This document shows, one piece after another, positions 1 to 8,231 of a stretch of DNA of 35,745 nt. The DNA comes from Acidobacteria bacterium AH-259-G07. Its GTDB lineage: Bacteria; Acidobacteriota; UBA6911; RPQK01; JADFOI01. The stretch is from contig JALLON010000003.1 in the NCBI GenBank assembly GCA_027717925.1, positions 1-35,745 of the forward strand. Direction: 5' to 3'. Both the position numbers and the translations under genes were made by a program. Each line of letters begins with the position of its first letter. The first letter of the stretch is position 1. Under the pieces are notes generated by a model. The model was not told the origin of the DNA. It made no database searches and was given only the letters and a program-made list of their open reading frames with translations.

Positions 1-69
1 CAGCAATTCGGCGAACAGGAACTTGTAACCAACCCGAGATCCTCCCGAGCCGGCAACCCCGAGCTGAAA

Positions 70-189
70 AGAGAAGGGTTTGATGTGGGCAGCTTCCAGA
101 ACGGAAAAAAAGTGCTCTTGGCTAACTGCTCAAGCACGAGCGTATGCGTCGAGAACCGCAATACGGAAGGTTCCTTGTCCCAGTCGATG
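70..189 (-). pseudogene. HNH endonuclease (HNH_2-type) remnant
   Basis: Manual translation of the minus strand gives HRLGQGTFRIAVLDAYARA*AVSQEHFFSVLEAAHIKPFS. This matches the RLGQGxFR...YxxxCAV...LEAAHIKP motif of putative restriction HNH nucleases, with an in-frame TGA (130-132) at the conserved Cys. Not in the ORF track. Confidence 0.6.
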
Positions 190-277
190 CTCTTTACGTT
201 CTAGCCTTTCTAGCCATTCCTAGTATCGCCACCAGCAGGACTGGACCGTTCAGGAAGAAACGTTAAGTTTCAGGTCA

Positions 278-366
278 GAGCACCCCGGTACCCACAGCAC
301 CAGAGCACCACAGTACCCCAGCACGACGGCACTTCAGCACCATAGCACGACAGCACCGAAACACCA
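278..366. repeat. Degenerate 8-bp tandem repeat, about 11 units, consensus (C/G)AGCAC(C/G)A
   Basis: Units read directly: gagcaccc cggtaccc a cagcacca gagcacca cagtaccc cagcacga cggcactt cagcacca tagcacga cagcaccg aaacacca. Confidence 0.8.
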
Positions 367-373
367 GAACCTT

Positions 374-387
374 TATAATGCTATAAA
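374..387 (+). promoter_or_regulatory. Candidate -10 / extended -10 element for the first propeller operon
   Basis: TATAAT at 374-379 and TGcTATAAA at 379-387 in a local AT-rich patch upstream of the GGAG RBS (406-409); no convincing -35. Confidence 0.3.
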
Positions 388-414
388 ACACTAGGCGAAA
401 CCGACGGAGTAGTG

Positions 415-2619
415 ATGAGAATGCGGTCCAACAGAACTCTACTGGCGTTTGTGCTGGCCTTTAGCACTTTCTTGGCCCAAGCCTCGGACTGGCCAACTTG
501 GCGAGGCCCGGGTCAAAACGGCGTCTCTTCGGAAACCGGCTTGATTTCCAGCTGGTCACTGGAGGGCGAGAACTTGCTTTGGAAATCCGACTTTATTGGC
601 CGTTCCACTCCCGTCATTCTAAATGGCCGCGTTTACGTCATCGGGCGAGCGGGTGAAGGCATCAACAAGCAGGAGCGAGTGGCCTGCTTCGACGCGGAAA
701 GCGGAAAACTGCTGTGGGAACACCGCCTGAATGTGTTCTTGACCACCGTCCCTTTCCCACGCGTGGGATGGGCCAATCTCACGGGAGACCCCGAAACGGG
801 GAATATATATGCCCACGGAGTGGCGGGTTTGTTCGTCTGCTTTGATGGTGATGGCAAGGTGATTTGGCAGCACTCGTTGACCGAGGAATTTGGGCGAATG
901 GCCGGCTATGGTGGCCGAACCCACACACCGGCAGTGGATGGAGATCTGGTGATTCTCAGCCTGATCAATAGCAACTGGGGCGATCAGGCCGCTCCTCGTC
1001 ACCGCTATTTTGCTTTTGACAAGCACAGCGGGGAGGTGATCTGGGTCTCCACGCCTGGAGGTAGACCCTACGACCTGAACACCTATTCCACCCCGGTCAT
1101 AGCCGCCATCAACGGTCAACGCTTGCTCATTGGTGGAAATGCGGATGGAGCTATCTATGCCCTGAAAGTACAAACGGGAGAAAAGGTCTGGGGATTCAAG
1201 TTGAGCAAGCGAGGAATCAATTCGTCCGTCGTGGTTGATGGTACTCGGGTGTACGCCAGCCACAGCGAGGAGAACTTGGATGAGGCGAATATGGGGCGAT
1301 TGGTGTGTATTGACGGAACCGGGAGCGGAGATGTGACCCGGACGCATGAGCTGTGGCGCTACAACCAGCTTAAAGCCGGATTTGCTTCCCCGACCGTGCA
1401 CCAGGGCCGGGTCTATGTGATTGACAACTCGGCCAATCTGCATTGCCTGGACGCCACCAATGGGAAGGTCTATTGGAAATACAACCTGGGAACTGTGGGG
1501 AAGGGTTCTCCAGTCTGGGCGGATGGAAAACTTTATACGACAGAGCTAAATGGCGCCTTTAACATCCTTCGGCCCGGAGCTGCCGAGTGTGAGTCGCTGG
1601 ACGAAGTGATTATTCCGCTGGGCAACCGCACAGCGGAAATTTACAGCTCTCCTGCCATCGCTTACAGGCGCGTGTTTTTCGCCACCGAAGACGGGCTTTA
1701 CTGCCTGGGGAAAAAGGACTCCCCATTTTCGCTCTCTGCTTCTTCCCTGCCCTCTTCTTCTGATTCTAAGCCCGGCCCACAGCAATCCTCACCTGCCCAT
1801 CTGCAGATTGTTCCTGCGGAGGTTATAACGGGCCCGGGGGAAACCGTTCAATTTCGTGTTCGAGCCTACGACACCCAGGCGCGCTTTCTGGGTGAAGTGG
1901 ATGCCAAGTGGTCGCAAAGTGGCTTGAGTGGTCAGCTGGATCAGGCAGGGAGATTTCGCCCAGAGCCGTCAGCGCAGCATCAAGCCGGCAAGGTCTTGGC
2001 CAAGGTGGGAGGTTTGGAGGCCTCGGCTCGCCTTCGGGTGATGCCCGACTTACCCTGGCAGGAGGACTTTGAAATCATGGAGGTTGGGAAGATTCCTACC
2101 CACTGGATTGGAGCGGCTGGTCGCTTTTCCGTACAGCTCAAAGACGGAAACAGGGTCCTTTCCAAACCCTTTGTCAGGAGAGGGATCCAGCGCTCCTATG
2201 TGTACATAGGGCCTTCAGACTTGAAAAACTATACCATGCAAGCCGACTTGATGGGCACCAAGGACGGACGTCGTATCCCTGATATGGGATTGATCGCAAA
2301 CCGGTATGTCCTTGCCTTAATGGGTGCTCGGCAGCAACTTCATGTCCATTCCTGGGCCTCGGAATTACGAATGGCCAGGAGTGCCGATTTTCCATGGCAG
2401 CCCAACATCTGGTACACCATGAAGATGAGAGTCGATGTTGAAGGAAATAAAGCCGTCGTTCGGGGCAAGGTCTGGCCCAAAACAGAAACGGAACCCGAGG
2501 CCTGGAGTATTGTCGTGGAGGACCCTTTGCCGAATCGGGAAGGGACTCCGGGTTTATTCGGGCAATCCTATGCTGAAATCTTTTATGACAACATCAAAGT
2601 AAGCAAGAGTGAACCATGA
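415..2619 (+). CDS. Secreted PQQ-like (BamB-type) beta-propeller protein with C-terminal Ig-like and ConA-like beta-sandwich domains
   Basis: Signal peptide ending AQA-SDWPTWRGP; repeated 'CFDAESGKLLW / ALKVQTGEKVW / CLDATNGKVYW' blades; Ser/Pro linker; then IVPAEV..PGETVQFRV (Ig-like) and WQEDFE..YTMQADL..WYTMKMRV (lectin-like). GGAG at 406-409 favours ATG 415 or 421 over GTG 412. Confidence 0.85.
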   Translation: MRMRSNRTLLAFVLAFSTFLAQASDWPTWRGPGQNGVSSETGLISSWSLEGENLLWKSDFIGRSTPVILNGRVYVIGRAGEGINKQERVACFDAESGKLLWEHRLNVFLTTVPFPRVGWANLTGDPETGNIYAHGVAGLFVCFDGDGKVIWQHSLTEEFGRMAGYGGRTHTPAVDGDLVILSLINSNWGDQAAPRHRYFAFDKHSGEVIWVSTPGGRPYDLNTYSTPVIAAINGQRLLIGGNADGAIYALKVQTGEKVWGFKLSKRGINSSVVVDGTRVYASHSEENLDEANMGRLVCIDGTGSGDVTRTHELWRYNQLKAGFASPTVHQGRVYVIDNSANLHCLDATNGKVYWKYNLGTVGKGSPVWADGKLYTTELNGAFNILRPGAAECESLDEVIIPLGNRTAEIYSSPAIAYRRVFFATEDGLYCLGKKDSPFSLSASSLPSSSDSKPGPQQSSPAHLQIVPAEVITGPGETVQFRVRAYDTQARFLGEVDAKWSQSGLSGQLDQAGRFRPEPSAQHQAGKVLAKVGGLEASARLRVMPDLPWQEDFEIMEVGKIPTHWIGAAGRFSVQLKDGNRVLSKPFVRRGIQRSYVYIGPSDLKNYTMQADLMGTKDGRRIPDMGLIANRYVLALMGARQQLHVHSWASELRMARSADFPWQPNIWYTMKMRVDVEGNKAVVRGKVWPKTETEPEAWSIVVEDPLPNREGTPGLFGQSYAEIFYDNIKVSKSEP

Positions 2620-4070
2620 GACAAACACCGATACCTGATATTCGTATGCTTAAAGTGATCCCGCTAGTCGCCTTGCTGGCAGTGGCAGCTGCGGACACCG
2701 ATAAAGTGGAACGTGCGATGTTCGGTGGATCTCCGTCGCGCAATATGGCTTCCGATGAGAAAGATCTGCCCAACAAGTGGGATCCGGATACCGGAGTAAA
2801 TATCAAGTGGAAGGTAGCCCTGGGTTCGCAAAGTTATGCGGGTCCTGTCATCGCGGGTGGAAAGGTTTTTGTGGGTACCAACAACGAGGGTCTACGCAAT
2901 CCCAAGCTGGCTGGCGATCGTGGGGTGCTGATGGCTTTTCGCGAATCTGACGGCAAATTCCTTTGGCAGGCAGCGCACCCCAAACTGGCGGCGGGTCGAG
3001 TGCATGATTGGCCCCTGCAAGGAGTCTGCTCGACCCCCTATGTGGAAGGTGATCGGCTCTATTACATTTCTAATCGCTGTGAAGTGGTTTGTCTTGATAC
3101 GGAAGGTTTCTTGGACGGTGAAAACGACGGGCCCTTCAAAGATGAAACAGAGACCAGCAAAATCGACGCCGACGTGGTGTGGAAGCTGGACATGATAGCT
3201 GAGCTGGACGTCTTTCCCCATAACCTGGCCGCCAGTTCACCACTGGCTGTTGCGGATCTTCTGTTCACTCTTACCAGCAATGGGGTGGATGAAGACCACG
3301 TCACGATTCCCTCCCCTTTTGCTCCCAGTTTCTTGGCCGTCAATAAAAAGACAGGCAAGGTGGCTTGGGAAGATGGTTCACCCGCGGACCGGATTCTGCA
3401 CGGCCAGTGGTCCAATCCAGCTTATGGGATTATCCAAGGCAAAGCGCAGGTGATTTTCCCGGGAGGTGACGGTTGGCTCTATTCATTTGAGCCTGAGACG
3501 GGCAAGCTGATCTGGAAGTTTGATTGCAATCCCAAGGATTCAGTTTGGATATTGGGCGGCCGGGGGACGCGAAATAATCTCATTGCCGCCCCGGTCATTT
3601 ATGATGACAAGGTTTATATCGGAGTTGGTCAGGATCCGGAGCACGGAGAGGGGATTGGCCATCTGTGGGTCATCGATGGGACCCTGGAAGGCGACGTAAC
3701 TGAGCGAGCGGTGATCTGGCATTTTGGAGATGCCGATTTTAATCGCACCATATCCACGGTAGCTATCCAGGACGGCCTCCTTTATGTAGCTGACCTGAGC
3801 GGATTTCTGTACTGTCTGGATGCCAAAACCGGCAAGCATCACTGGACCTATGATACGTTCGCGGCCGTTTGGGGCTCCGCACTGGTCGCAGATGGGAAAA
3901 TCTATCTCGGTGATGAAGATGGAGACATCGCAGTACTGAGAGCGGGCAAAAAAAAGGAGCTGATCCACGAGGTCAACATGGGAGCGTCCGTGTACACCAC
4001 CCCGGTGGCTAAAAACGGCGTCCTGTACATTGTCAGCCGCACCACCCTCTTCGCCATCGCAGAGAAGTAG
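2616..4070 (+). CDS. Secreted PQQ-like (BamB-type) beta-propeller protein
   Basis: ATGA overlap with the upstream gene; hydrophobic leader; MFGGSPSRNM start motif; blades 'AFRESDGKFLW', 'SFEPETGKLIW', 'CLDAKTGKHHW'. Confidence 0.87.
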   Translation: MRQTPIPDIRMLKVIPLVALLAVAAADTDKVERAMFGGSPSRNMASDEKDLPNKWDPDTGVNIKWKVALGSQSYAGPVIAGGKVFVGTNNEGLRNPKLAGDRGVLMAFRESDGKFLWQAAHPKLAAGRVHDWPLQGVCSTPYVEGDRLYYISNRCEVVCLDTEGFLDGENDGPFKDETETSKIDADVVWKLDMIAELDVFPHNLAASSPLAVADLLFTLTSNGVDEDHVTIPSPFAPSFLAVNKKTGKVAWEDGSPADRILHGQWSNPAYGIIQGKAQVIFPGGDGWLYSFEPETGKLIWKFDCNPKDSVWILGGRGTRNNLIAAPVIYDDKVYIGVGQDPEHGEGIGHLWVIDGTLEGDVTERAVIWHFGDADFNRTISTVAIQDGLLYVADLSGFLYCLDAKTGKHHWTYDTFAAVWGSALVADGKIYLGDEDGDIAVLRAGKKKELIHEVNMGASVYTTPVAKNGVLYIVSRTTLFAIAEK

Positions 4071-4100
4071 GGCCCGTGTCTTTAAAGACACGGCCCCTTC
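4067..4100. repeat. REP-like palindrome (GGCCGTGTC/GACACGGCC type) between convergent genes; possible bidirectional terminator
   Basis: GTAGGGCCCGTGTCTTTAAAGACACGGCCCCTTC; perfect 20-bp palindrome at 4074-4093; contains both stop codons; near-identical arms at 10371-10394. Confidence 0.7.
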
Positions 4101-5509
4101 TGGAAGGCCCGGGCACGGAACAGGAAGTCCACCAGATTGCCCTCATGCGGCTGAAGCCAGTTGAGGTGAATGGTGGGGATCGGCCCCAGATTGAGCCGGT
4201 CAATGTGCGTGCAGTCCAAGAGCGCCCTTAGAAATCCCTCCTCTTGAGTGATTCCCGTAGCGACCAGGGTGCTGCCAATGTGCTTCAGCATTTTCTCCTG
4301 CGGACACTCGACGACGCTGACAAAGGGGAACATGTACTCGGTGTTGGCCAGCCTCCGCTGGGGGGAATCGCACACAACGACCGAGGGGCGCAGATAGGCA
4401 CAGCGCTCCTGGACGATCAGCCGATCGCCCTCTCGGTACTTGGCGCACAGGTCCTCAACACCGGACTCCTGGAGGCCCTGTTCGATCACTGCATTAGTGG
4501 CCTCAGCCTGCCCCGCCACGGTAAAGGCCGCCAGTGCGGCCTCGGGGTCTTCCGGTGGCTTGGGGGCGATGGGCCCCAGACGCTGGGCCAGGGCCTCGGC
4601 GATCTCCCGGCCGTGTCTTGATACCCAGATGCCGGAGCAGCTGATGCAGCTTCGGCCGCTGTTGATCAGCACACTATCCACCATCAGCTCCAGGTGCTGT
4701 TTCCAATCATCCACCTGGTCGTCGCCGAAGAGGATTTTGCTGAACCCCGGGCCGTGCACCTGTAGGCGTGGATTACCCTTGTACTGCTCGACAGTGGCCG
4801 TACCGCCGAAGATCAAGTTGCGTGGGCAGTGCTCCAGCACGGCCGCTCCTACATCGCCCAAACCCGGATACAGCGCCACAGCCTTGCGGGGTACACCGGA
4901 CTGAAAAAAAGCTTCGGTCATCCGGTACGGGGTCCACGGCTCTTGCGGACCCGGCTTGAGCACTAAACCAATCTGTAGCGGTATGACCGGCAGCCACAAA
5001 CCGTGAACGCCCGGGGAGTTCGACGGCAAGACCATGCCCAGTACCGGCGTCGTGGCTTGGTAGCTGCGCATCACCCCGTTTTCTTCACCGTAGCCTCTAC
5101 TCAGGATACCCAGGTCCAACCCGCGGGTAAGCGATCCGAGGATGTTCTCCAGATTTGTCAGCACATAGTGGAGCTTCTCCATGTTCTGGCGGCACATGTG
5201 TTCAGGCAGTCCCGTCGTGGCTGACTGGTACTTAATGAACTCATCAGGCGTCTGGGTTGCTTCACCGGCGGGCAGCTCGGCCCTCATGAAGAGCTCTGCC
5301 GCATTTTTGAGCATGCCGAGAAGTTCGCCGCAAGGGATCTCACGCAAGACATGGCGCGCTCGCTGGGCCTTGCGCATGTCGCGCTGAATCAGCCCGCGGT
5401 TGGCCTGGCTCACCTCGGCCAGCGGCTCCCCGCTGGCAAAGTGGACCACCTTGTCCATGTCCAGACTCTTGTAGGGCTCTCCCCAACGGAGGATCGGAAA
5501 GTGAATCAC
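4082..5509 (-). CDS. ALDH-superfamily protein, EhpG/GriD (LuxC-like) reductase type
   Basis: LPSNSP, LKPG, FGG, catalytic Cys in NSGRSC, EYMFP; HGPGFSK replaces the canonical ELGGK; GTG start with GGAG RBS; immediately downstream of the EhpF-like gene. Confidence 0.85.
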   Translation of the reverse strand: MIHFPILRWGEPYKSLDMDKVVHFASGEPLAEVSQANRGLIQRDMRKAQRARHVLREIPCGELLGMLKNAAELFMRAELPAGEATQTPDEFIKYQSATTGLPEHMCRQNMEKLHYVLTNLENILGSLTRGLDLGILSRGYGEENGVMRSYQATTPVLGMVLPSNSPGVHGLWLPVIPLQIGLVLKPGPQEPWTPYRMTEAFFQSGVPRKAVALYPGLGDVGAAVLEHCPRNLIFGGTATVEQYKGNPRLQVHGPGFSKILFGDDQVDDWKQHLELMVDSVLINSGRSCISCSGIWVSRHGREIAEALAQRLGPIAPKPPEDPEAALAAFTVAGQAEATNAVIEQGLQESGVEDLCAKYREGDRLIVQERCAYLRPSVVVCDSPQRRLANTEYMFPFVSVVECPQEKMLKHIGSTLVATGITQEEGFLRALLDCTHIDRLNLGPIPTIHLNWLQPHEGNLVDFLFRARAFQKGPCL

Positions 5510-5537
5510 AAGAATACTCCCAGGCTGCCCACTCCGC

Positions 5538-6650
5538 TCAATACACCCCTACGGTGGTGGTTGCGGCGAAACGGTGATAAGGGCGGACGCCGCTCACGCC
5601 GTCCCAAGGGTACAGATCGCAGGGCGGCTCGCGCTCTCCCTCATCCCGCTCGACAAAGCGGGGCATGAAAAACTCTTTCGTCAGCGTGCTGAGCATCACC
5701 CGGCCCGTTTGGCCGTAGTCGATCACTTTGTCAGGATCATCAAAGTCGACCACTCCCAGCACGGCCCGTGGCTGGGGAGCATAGTAAATGATCTTGTAGT
5801 TGTCCGCCGGGTCGAACGGTTTGGAGGCGGCTAAGCCCATAAGTGTGTTCCCGTAGGTGGGCGCCATGTAGACACCCTCCAGCAGCTCCTCCATGGCAAA
5901 GCGGTACCACTGCGGCGTAAACTCTGTTCCGCCGGAGAAGATACCCGTGATGCCGGCTTCTTTGATACTCGATCCTTCGGCCTCCAGGTGATTGGCCAGG
6001 GCTTCCAGCAGCTTGGGTGTGGCGAACAGGCATTTAATGTTGTGCCCGGCCGACAGGAGAGTCGCCGCCTGATCGATAACGTGCTGCTGGTAAGCCTTCA
6101 GGTGCTCCATCCACGTTTTTTCGATCAGCTTGATCACCCACCTGGGGTCCAGGTCGACGCAAAAGCAGATCCCGCCGCGGTACTGGGCCAAGTGCTCTAC
6201 CGCCAGGCGCAAGCGCCGCGGGCCAGAGGGCCCCAGCATCAACCAGTTGGCGCCTTTCGGGAAATGCTCCTCGGGCAAGGTCTTCGAGAACATTTCATAG
6301 TCGATCCGGAAGTCCTCGATATTAACCCGCGACTTGGGAATCCCGGTCGTGCCGCCCGTCTCGAAGACGTAGATAGCCCGATCACGGTAAGCCTTGGGGA
6401 CCCAGCGCTGGACCGGTCCGCCCCTCAGCCATTCGTCCTCAAAGTGGCCAAACTTGACGAGGTCATCGAAGCCCTGCACTTCCTCCCGCGGATCCCAACC
6501 TGCCTGCTGCCTCCAGTCGAGCCAGAAGGGGCACCCGGTCTCAGGGTTGAAGTGCCACTCGATGATCTCCCGCACGTGGGCATTCAGTCGCTCCCGCGAG
6601 GCGCGGGCTGTGCCTTCCAGTTGCCCGTTCACTGAACCTGGAAAGGTCAT
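5538..6650 (-). CDS. EhpF/GriC-like short adenylate-forming (AMP-binding) enzyme
   Basis: WHFNPETGCPFWL, ETGGTTGIPK P-loop, GGICFCVDLDPRWV, GGTE, YG, ERD and C-terminal GVY, all motifs I recall from Pantoea EhpF; 370 aa. Confidence 0.8.
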   Translation of the reverse strand: MTFPGSVNGQLEGTARASRERLNAHVREIIEWHFNPETGCPFWLDWRQQAGWDPREEVQGFDDLVKFGHFEDEWLRGGPVQRWVPKAYRDRAIYVFETGGTTGIPKSRVNIEDFRIDYEMFSKTLPEEHFPKGANWLMLGPSGPRRLRLAVEHLAQYRGGICFCVDLDPRWVIKLIEKTWMEHLKAYQQHVIDQAATLLSAGHNIKCLFATPKLLEALANHLEAEGSSIKEAGITGIFSGGTEFTPQWYRFAMEELLEGVYMAPTYGNTLMGLAASKPFDPADNYKIIYYAPQPRAVLGVVDFDDPDKVIDYGQTGRVMLSTLTKEFFMPRFVERDEGEREPPCDLYPWDGVSGVRPYHRFAATTTVGVY

Positions 6651-6744
6651 GATTTCATACGCTCCAAAGGCTGGGGGAAATCAGCCCACAAGTGGAGTGC
6701 ATCCCTGGATAGAAAACAAACCAAAACCACTAATTTCGCGGGAA

Positions 6745-6774
6745 ATTCTATCCCGGTGTGAAAACGGGGGTCAA
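6745..6774 (-). promoter_or_regulatory. Sigma70-like promoter of the EhpF/EhpG-like pair
   Basis: Minus strand TTGACC (6774-6769), 18 bp spacer, TAGAAT (6750-6745); about 95 bp upstream of ATG 6650. Confidence 0.55.
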
Positions 6775-6894
6775 GGAGCATTCAGAGGTGGGCCACTGTG
6801 ATTCGCTCATAGGGAGAAACTAATCAAGAGAATTATCGTATAGTGGTTGTTGATTTAACTTCGAAGGGAGTTTGTAGGCAACCTGCGATTTGGA

Positions 6895-8112
6895 ATGATG
6901 AAACAAGCAGCTGAGGGCAGACAATTGGTTGACCATTCGAGAATTTCACGTTCCACATTTGGCATTCGGCATTCGGTATTCGGTATTTCACATTCGACAT
7001 TCGGCATTCGAAATTCGACATTTCTGGTGCTGCTGATCATTGGGGCAGCTTGGAGTTTCGGCTCCGGATCTTCTGAATCTTGGATCCTGTTCCGAGGCGA
7101 CGCGCAGCTGACAGGGGTTGCGCGAAGCTCTTTACCGGAAAGGCTCAAGGTGGCGTGGACCTTCCCAGCAGGTGATGGGATCGAGTCCACCGCAGCGATC
7201 TCCTCGGGCTCCGTTTATGTCGGCTCTTTCGATAGTTACCTCTACGCCTTAGAACTGGACACCGGACAGCTCAGATGGAAGTACAAAGCCCAAGATGAAA
7301 TTAAGTCCTCCCCATTGGTGGTGAATCAGGTCATCTACTTCGGTGATGAGTCGGGCGTTTTCCATGCTCTAGATGCCCGCACAGGCCAGAGAAAATGGAG
7401 TTTTCAAGCCGATGCTGGAATCACTTCATCGGCCAACTTTGCCCAAGGCCGCGTGCTATTTGGCTCTTACGATCAGTACCTTTACTGCCTCTCAGCTGAT
7501 GATGGATCCCTGCTTTGGAAGCTCGAAACCGGCGGCTACGTTCATGCGACTCCGGCGGTACTTAAACAGGATGTCGCCATAGTGGGGTGTGACGGCTACT
7601 TTCGCCTTCTCCGGATTCAAGACGGGCGGGAAAAAATGAAGTTGGACCTCCGTGCCTATGTAGGTGCCAGCCCCGCTATACGGGACAATCGGGCTTATGT
7701 GGGAACCTTTGAAAGCCAGGTCCTGTGCATCGATGTGGAAAAGGCTCAGACTCTCTGGCAATATGAACACGCGCGACGGCATTTTCCGTTTTACTCCTCG
7801 GCGGCAGTGACGGATGATCTGGTGCTGGTGGGCGGTCGAGATAAGATGCTTCATGCTCTCGACCGCCAAACGGGTGAGAAGATCTGGACCTTCCAGGCCG
7901 GAGCCCGGGTGGACTCTTCCCCGGTCGTTGTCGAGGATCGGGTGGTCTTTGGATCCACAGACGGGCTGATTTATGTGCTGAAGCTGGATTCCGGCCAAGT
8001 CCTCTGGCAATTCGACACTGGCTCCTCGATTCTAGCTTCACCCAGCGTCGCCAGTGGTAAGCTGGTCATCGGTACCGCGGACGGTCTTCTATATTGCTTC
8101 GCCGCAGAATGA
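6895..8112 (+). CDS. Secreted PQQ-like (BamB-type) beta-propeller protein; start uncertain
   Basis: WILFRGDAQLTG, then regular blades (ALELDTGQLRW, ALDARTGQRKW, CLSADDGSLLW, ALDRQTGEKIW, VLKLDSGQVLW); the hydrophobic leader follows a heptamer repeat. Confidence 0.85.
   Translation: MMKQAAEGRQLVDHSRISRSTFGIRHSVFGISHSTFGIRNSTFLVLLIIGAAWSFGSGSSESWILFRGDAQLTGVARSSLPERLKVAWTFPAGDGIESTAAISSGSVYVGSFDSYLYALELDTGQLRWKYKAQDEIKSSPLVVNQVIYFGDESGVFHALDARTGQRKWSFQADAGITSSANFAQGRVLFGSYDQYLYCLSADDGSLLWKLETGGYVHATPAVLKQDVAIVGCDGYFRLLRIQDGREKMKLDLRAYVGASPAIRDNRAYVGTFESQVLCIDVEKAQTLWQYEHARRHFPFYSSAAVTDDLVLVGGRDKMLHALDRQTGEKIWTFQAGARVDSSPVVVEDRVVFGSTDGLIYVLKLDSGQVLWQFDTGSSILASPSVASGKLVIGTADGLLYCFAAE
6934..7025. 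repeat. 7-bp tandem repeat, about 12-13 units, consensus CATTCG(G/A)
   Basis: cattcga g aatttca cgttcca catttgg cattcgg cattcgg tattcgg tatttca cattcga cattcgg cattcga aattcga catttct. Confidence 0.85.
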
Positions 8113-8126
8113 GCAAGAAGTTATCC

Positions 8127-8155
8127 GTAGGGGCGAGCCGGCGGCTCGCCCCTAC
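8127..8155. repeat. GTAG-type REP-like palindrome
   Basis: GTAGGGGCGAGCCG-G-CGGCTCGCCCCTAC, perfect 14-bp inverted repeat; its first 13 bp recur at 13406. Confidence 0.8.
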
Positions 8156-8231
8156 AATCGGCCGCACGAAACATCAACAGACGACACAGCCGGCAATGCA
8201 GCTAAAGCGAATTCCTAAGAAAGCAGACGGC

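Noticed and set aside
1-204. Plus-strand open frame ending at TAG 204
   Set aside because: No recognisable protein similarity, while the opposite strand carries a clear HNH motif; cannot be fully excluded at the window edge
197-228. Short 9-bp-period repeat (ttctagcc x2-3)
   Set aside because: Too few units to distinguish from chance
278-366. CRISPR array (also considered for 6934-7025)
   Set aside because: Units are 7-8 bp in tandem with no unique spacers, and there are no cas genes
4082-6650. Phenazine biosynthesis cluster or lux (luxCE) operon
   Set aside because: No phzA/B/D/E/F/G and no luxA/B/D in the window
6651-6894. Riboswitch or Fur box in the divergent intergenic region
   Set aside because: No cobalamin/TPP consensus or GATAATGATAATCATTATC-like site recognisable by eye; an Rfam scan would be needed
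415-8112. Calling the propellers bamB or PQQ-dependent dehydrogenases
   Set aside because: No lipobox, no bam/der context, no quinoprotein catalytic motifs or pqq genes seen; only the fold is supported
8094-8231. N-terminal extension of the TBDR in the ORF track
   Set aside because: Overlaps the upstream gene and runs through a REP-like palindrome; the signal peptide starts at ATG 8232
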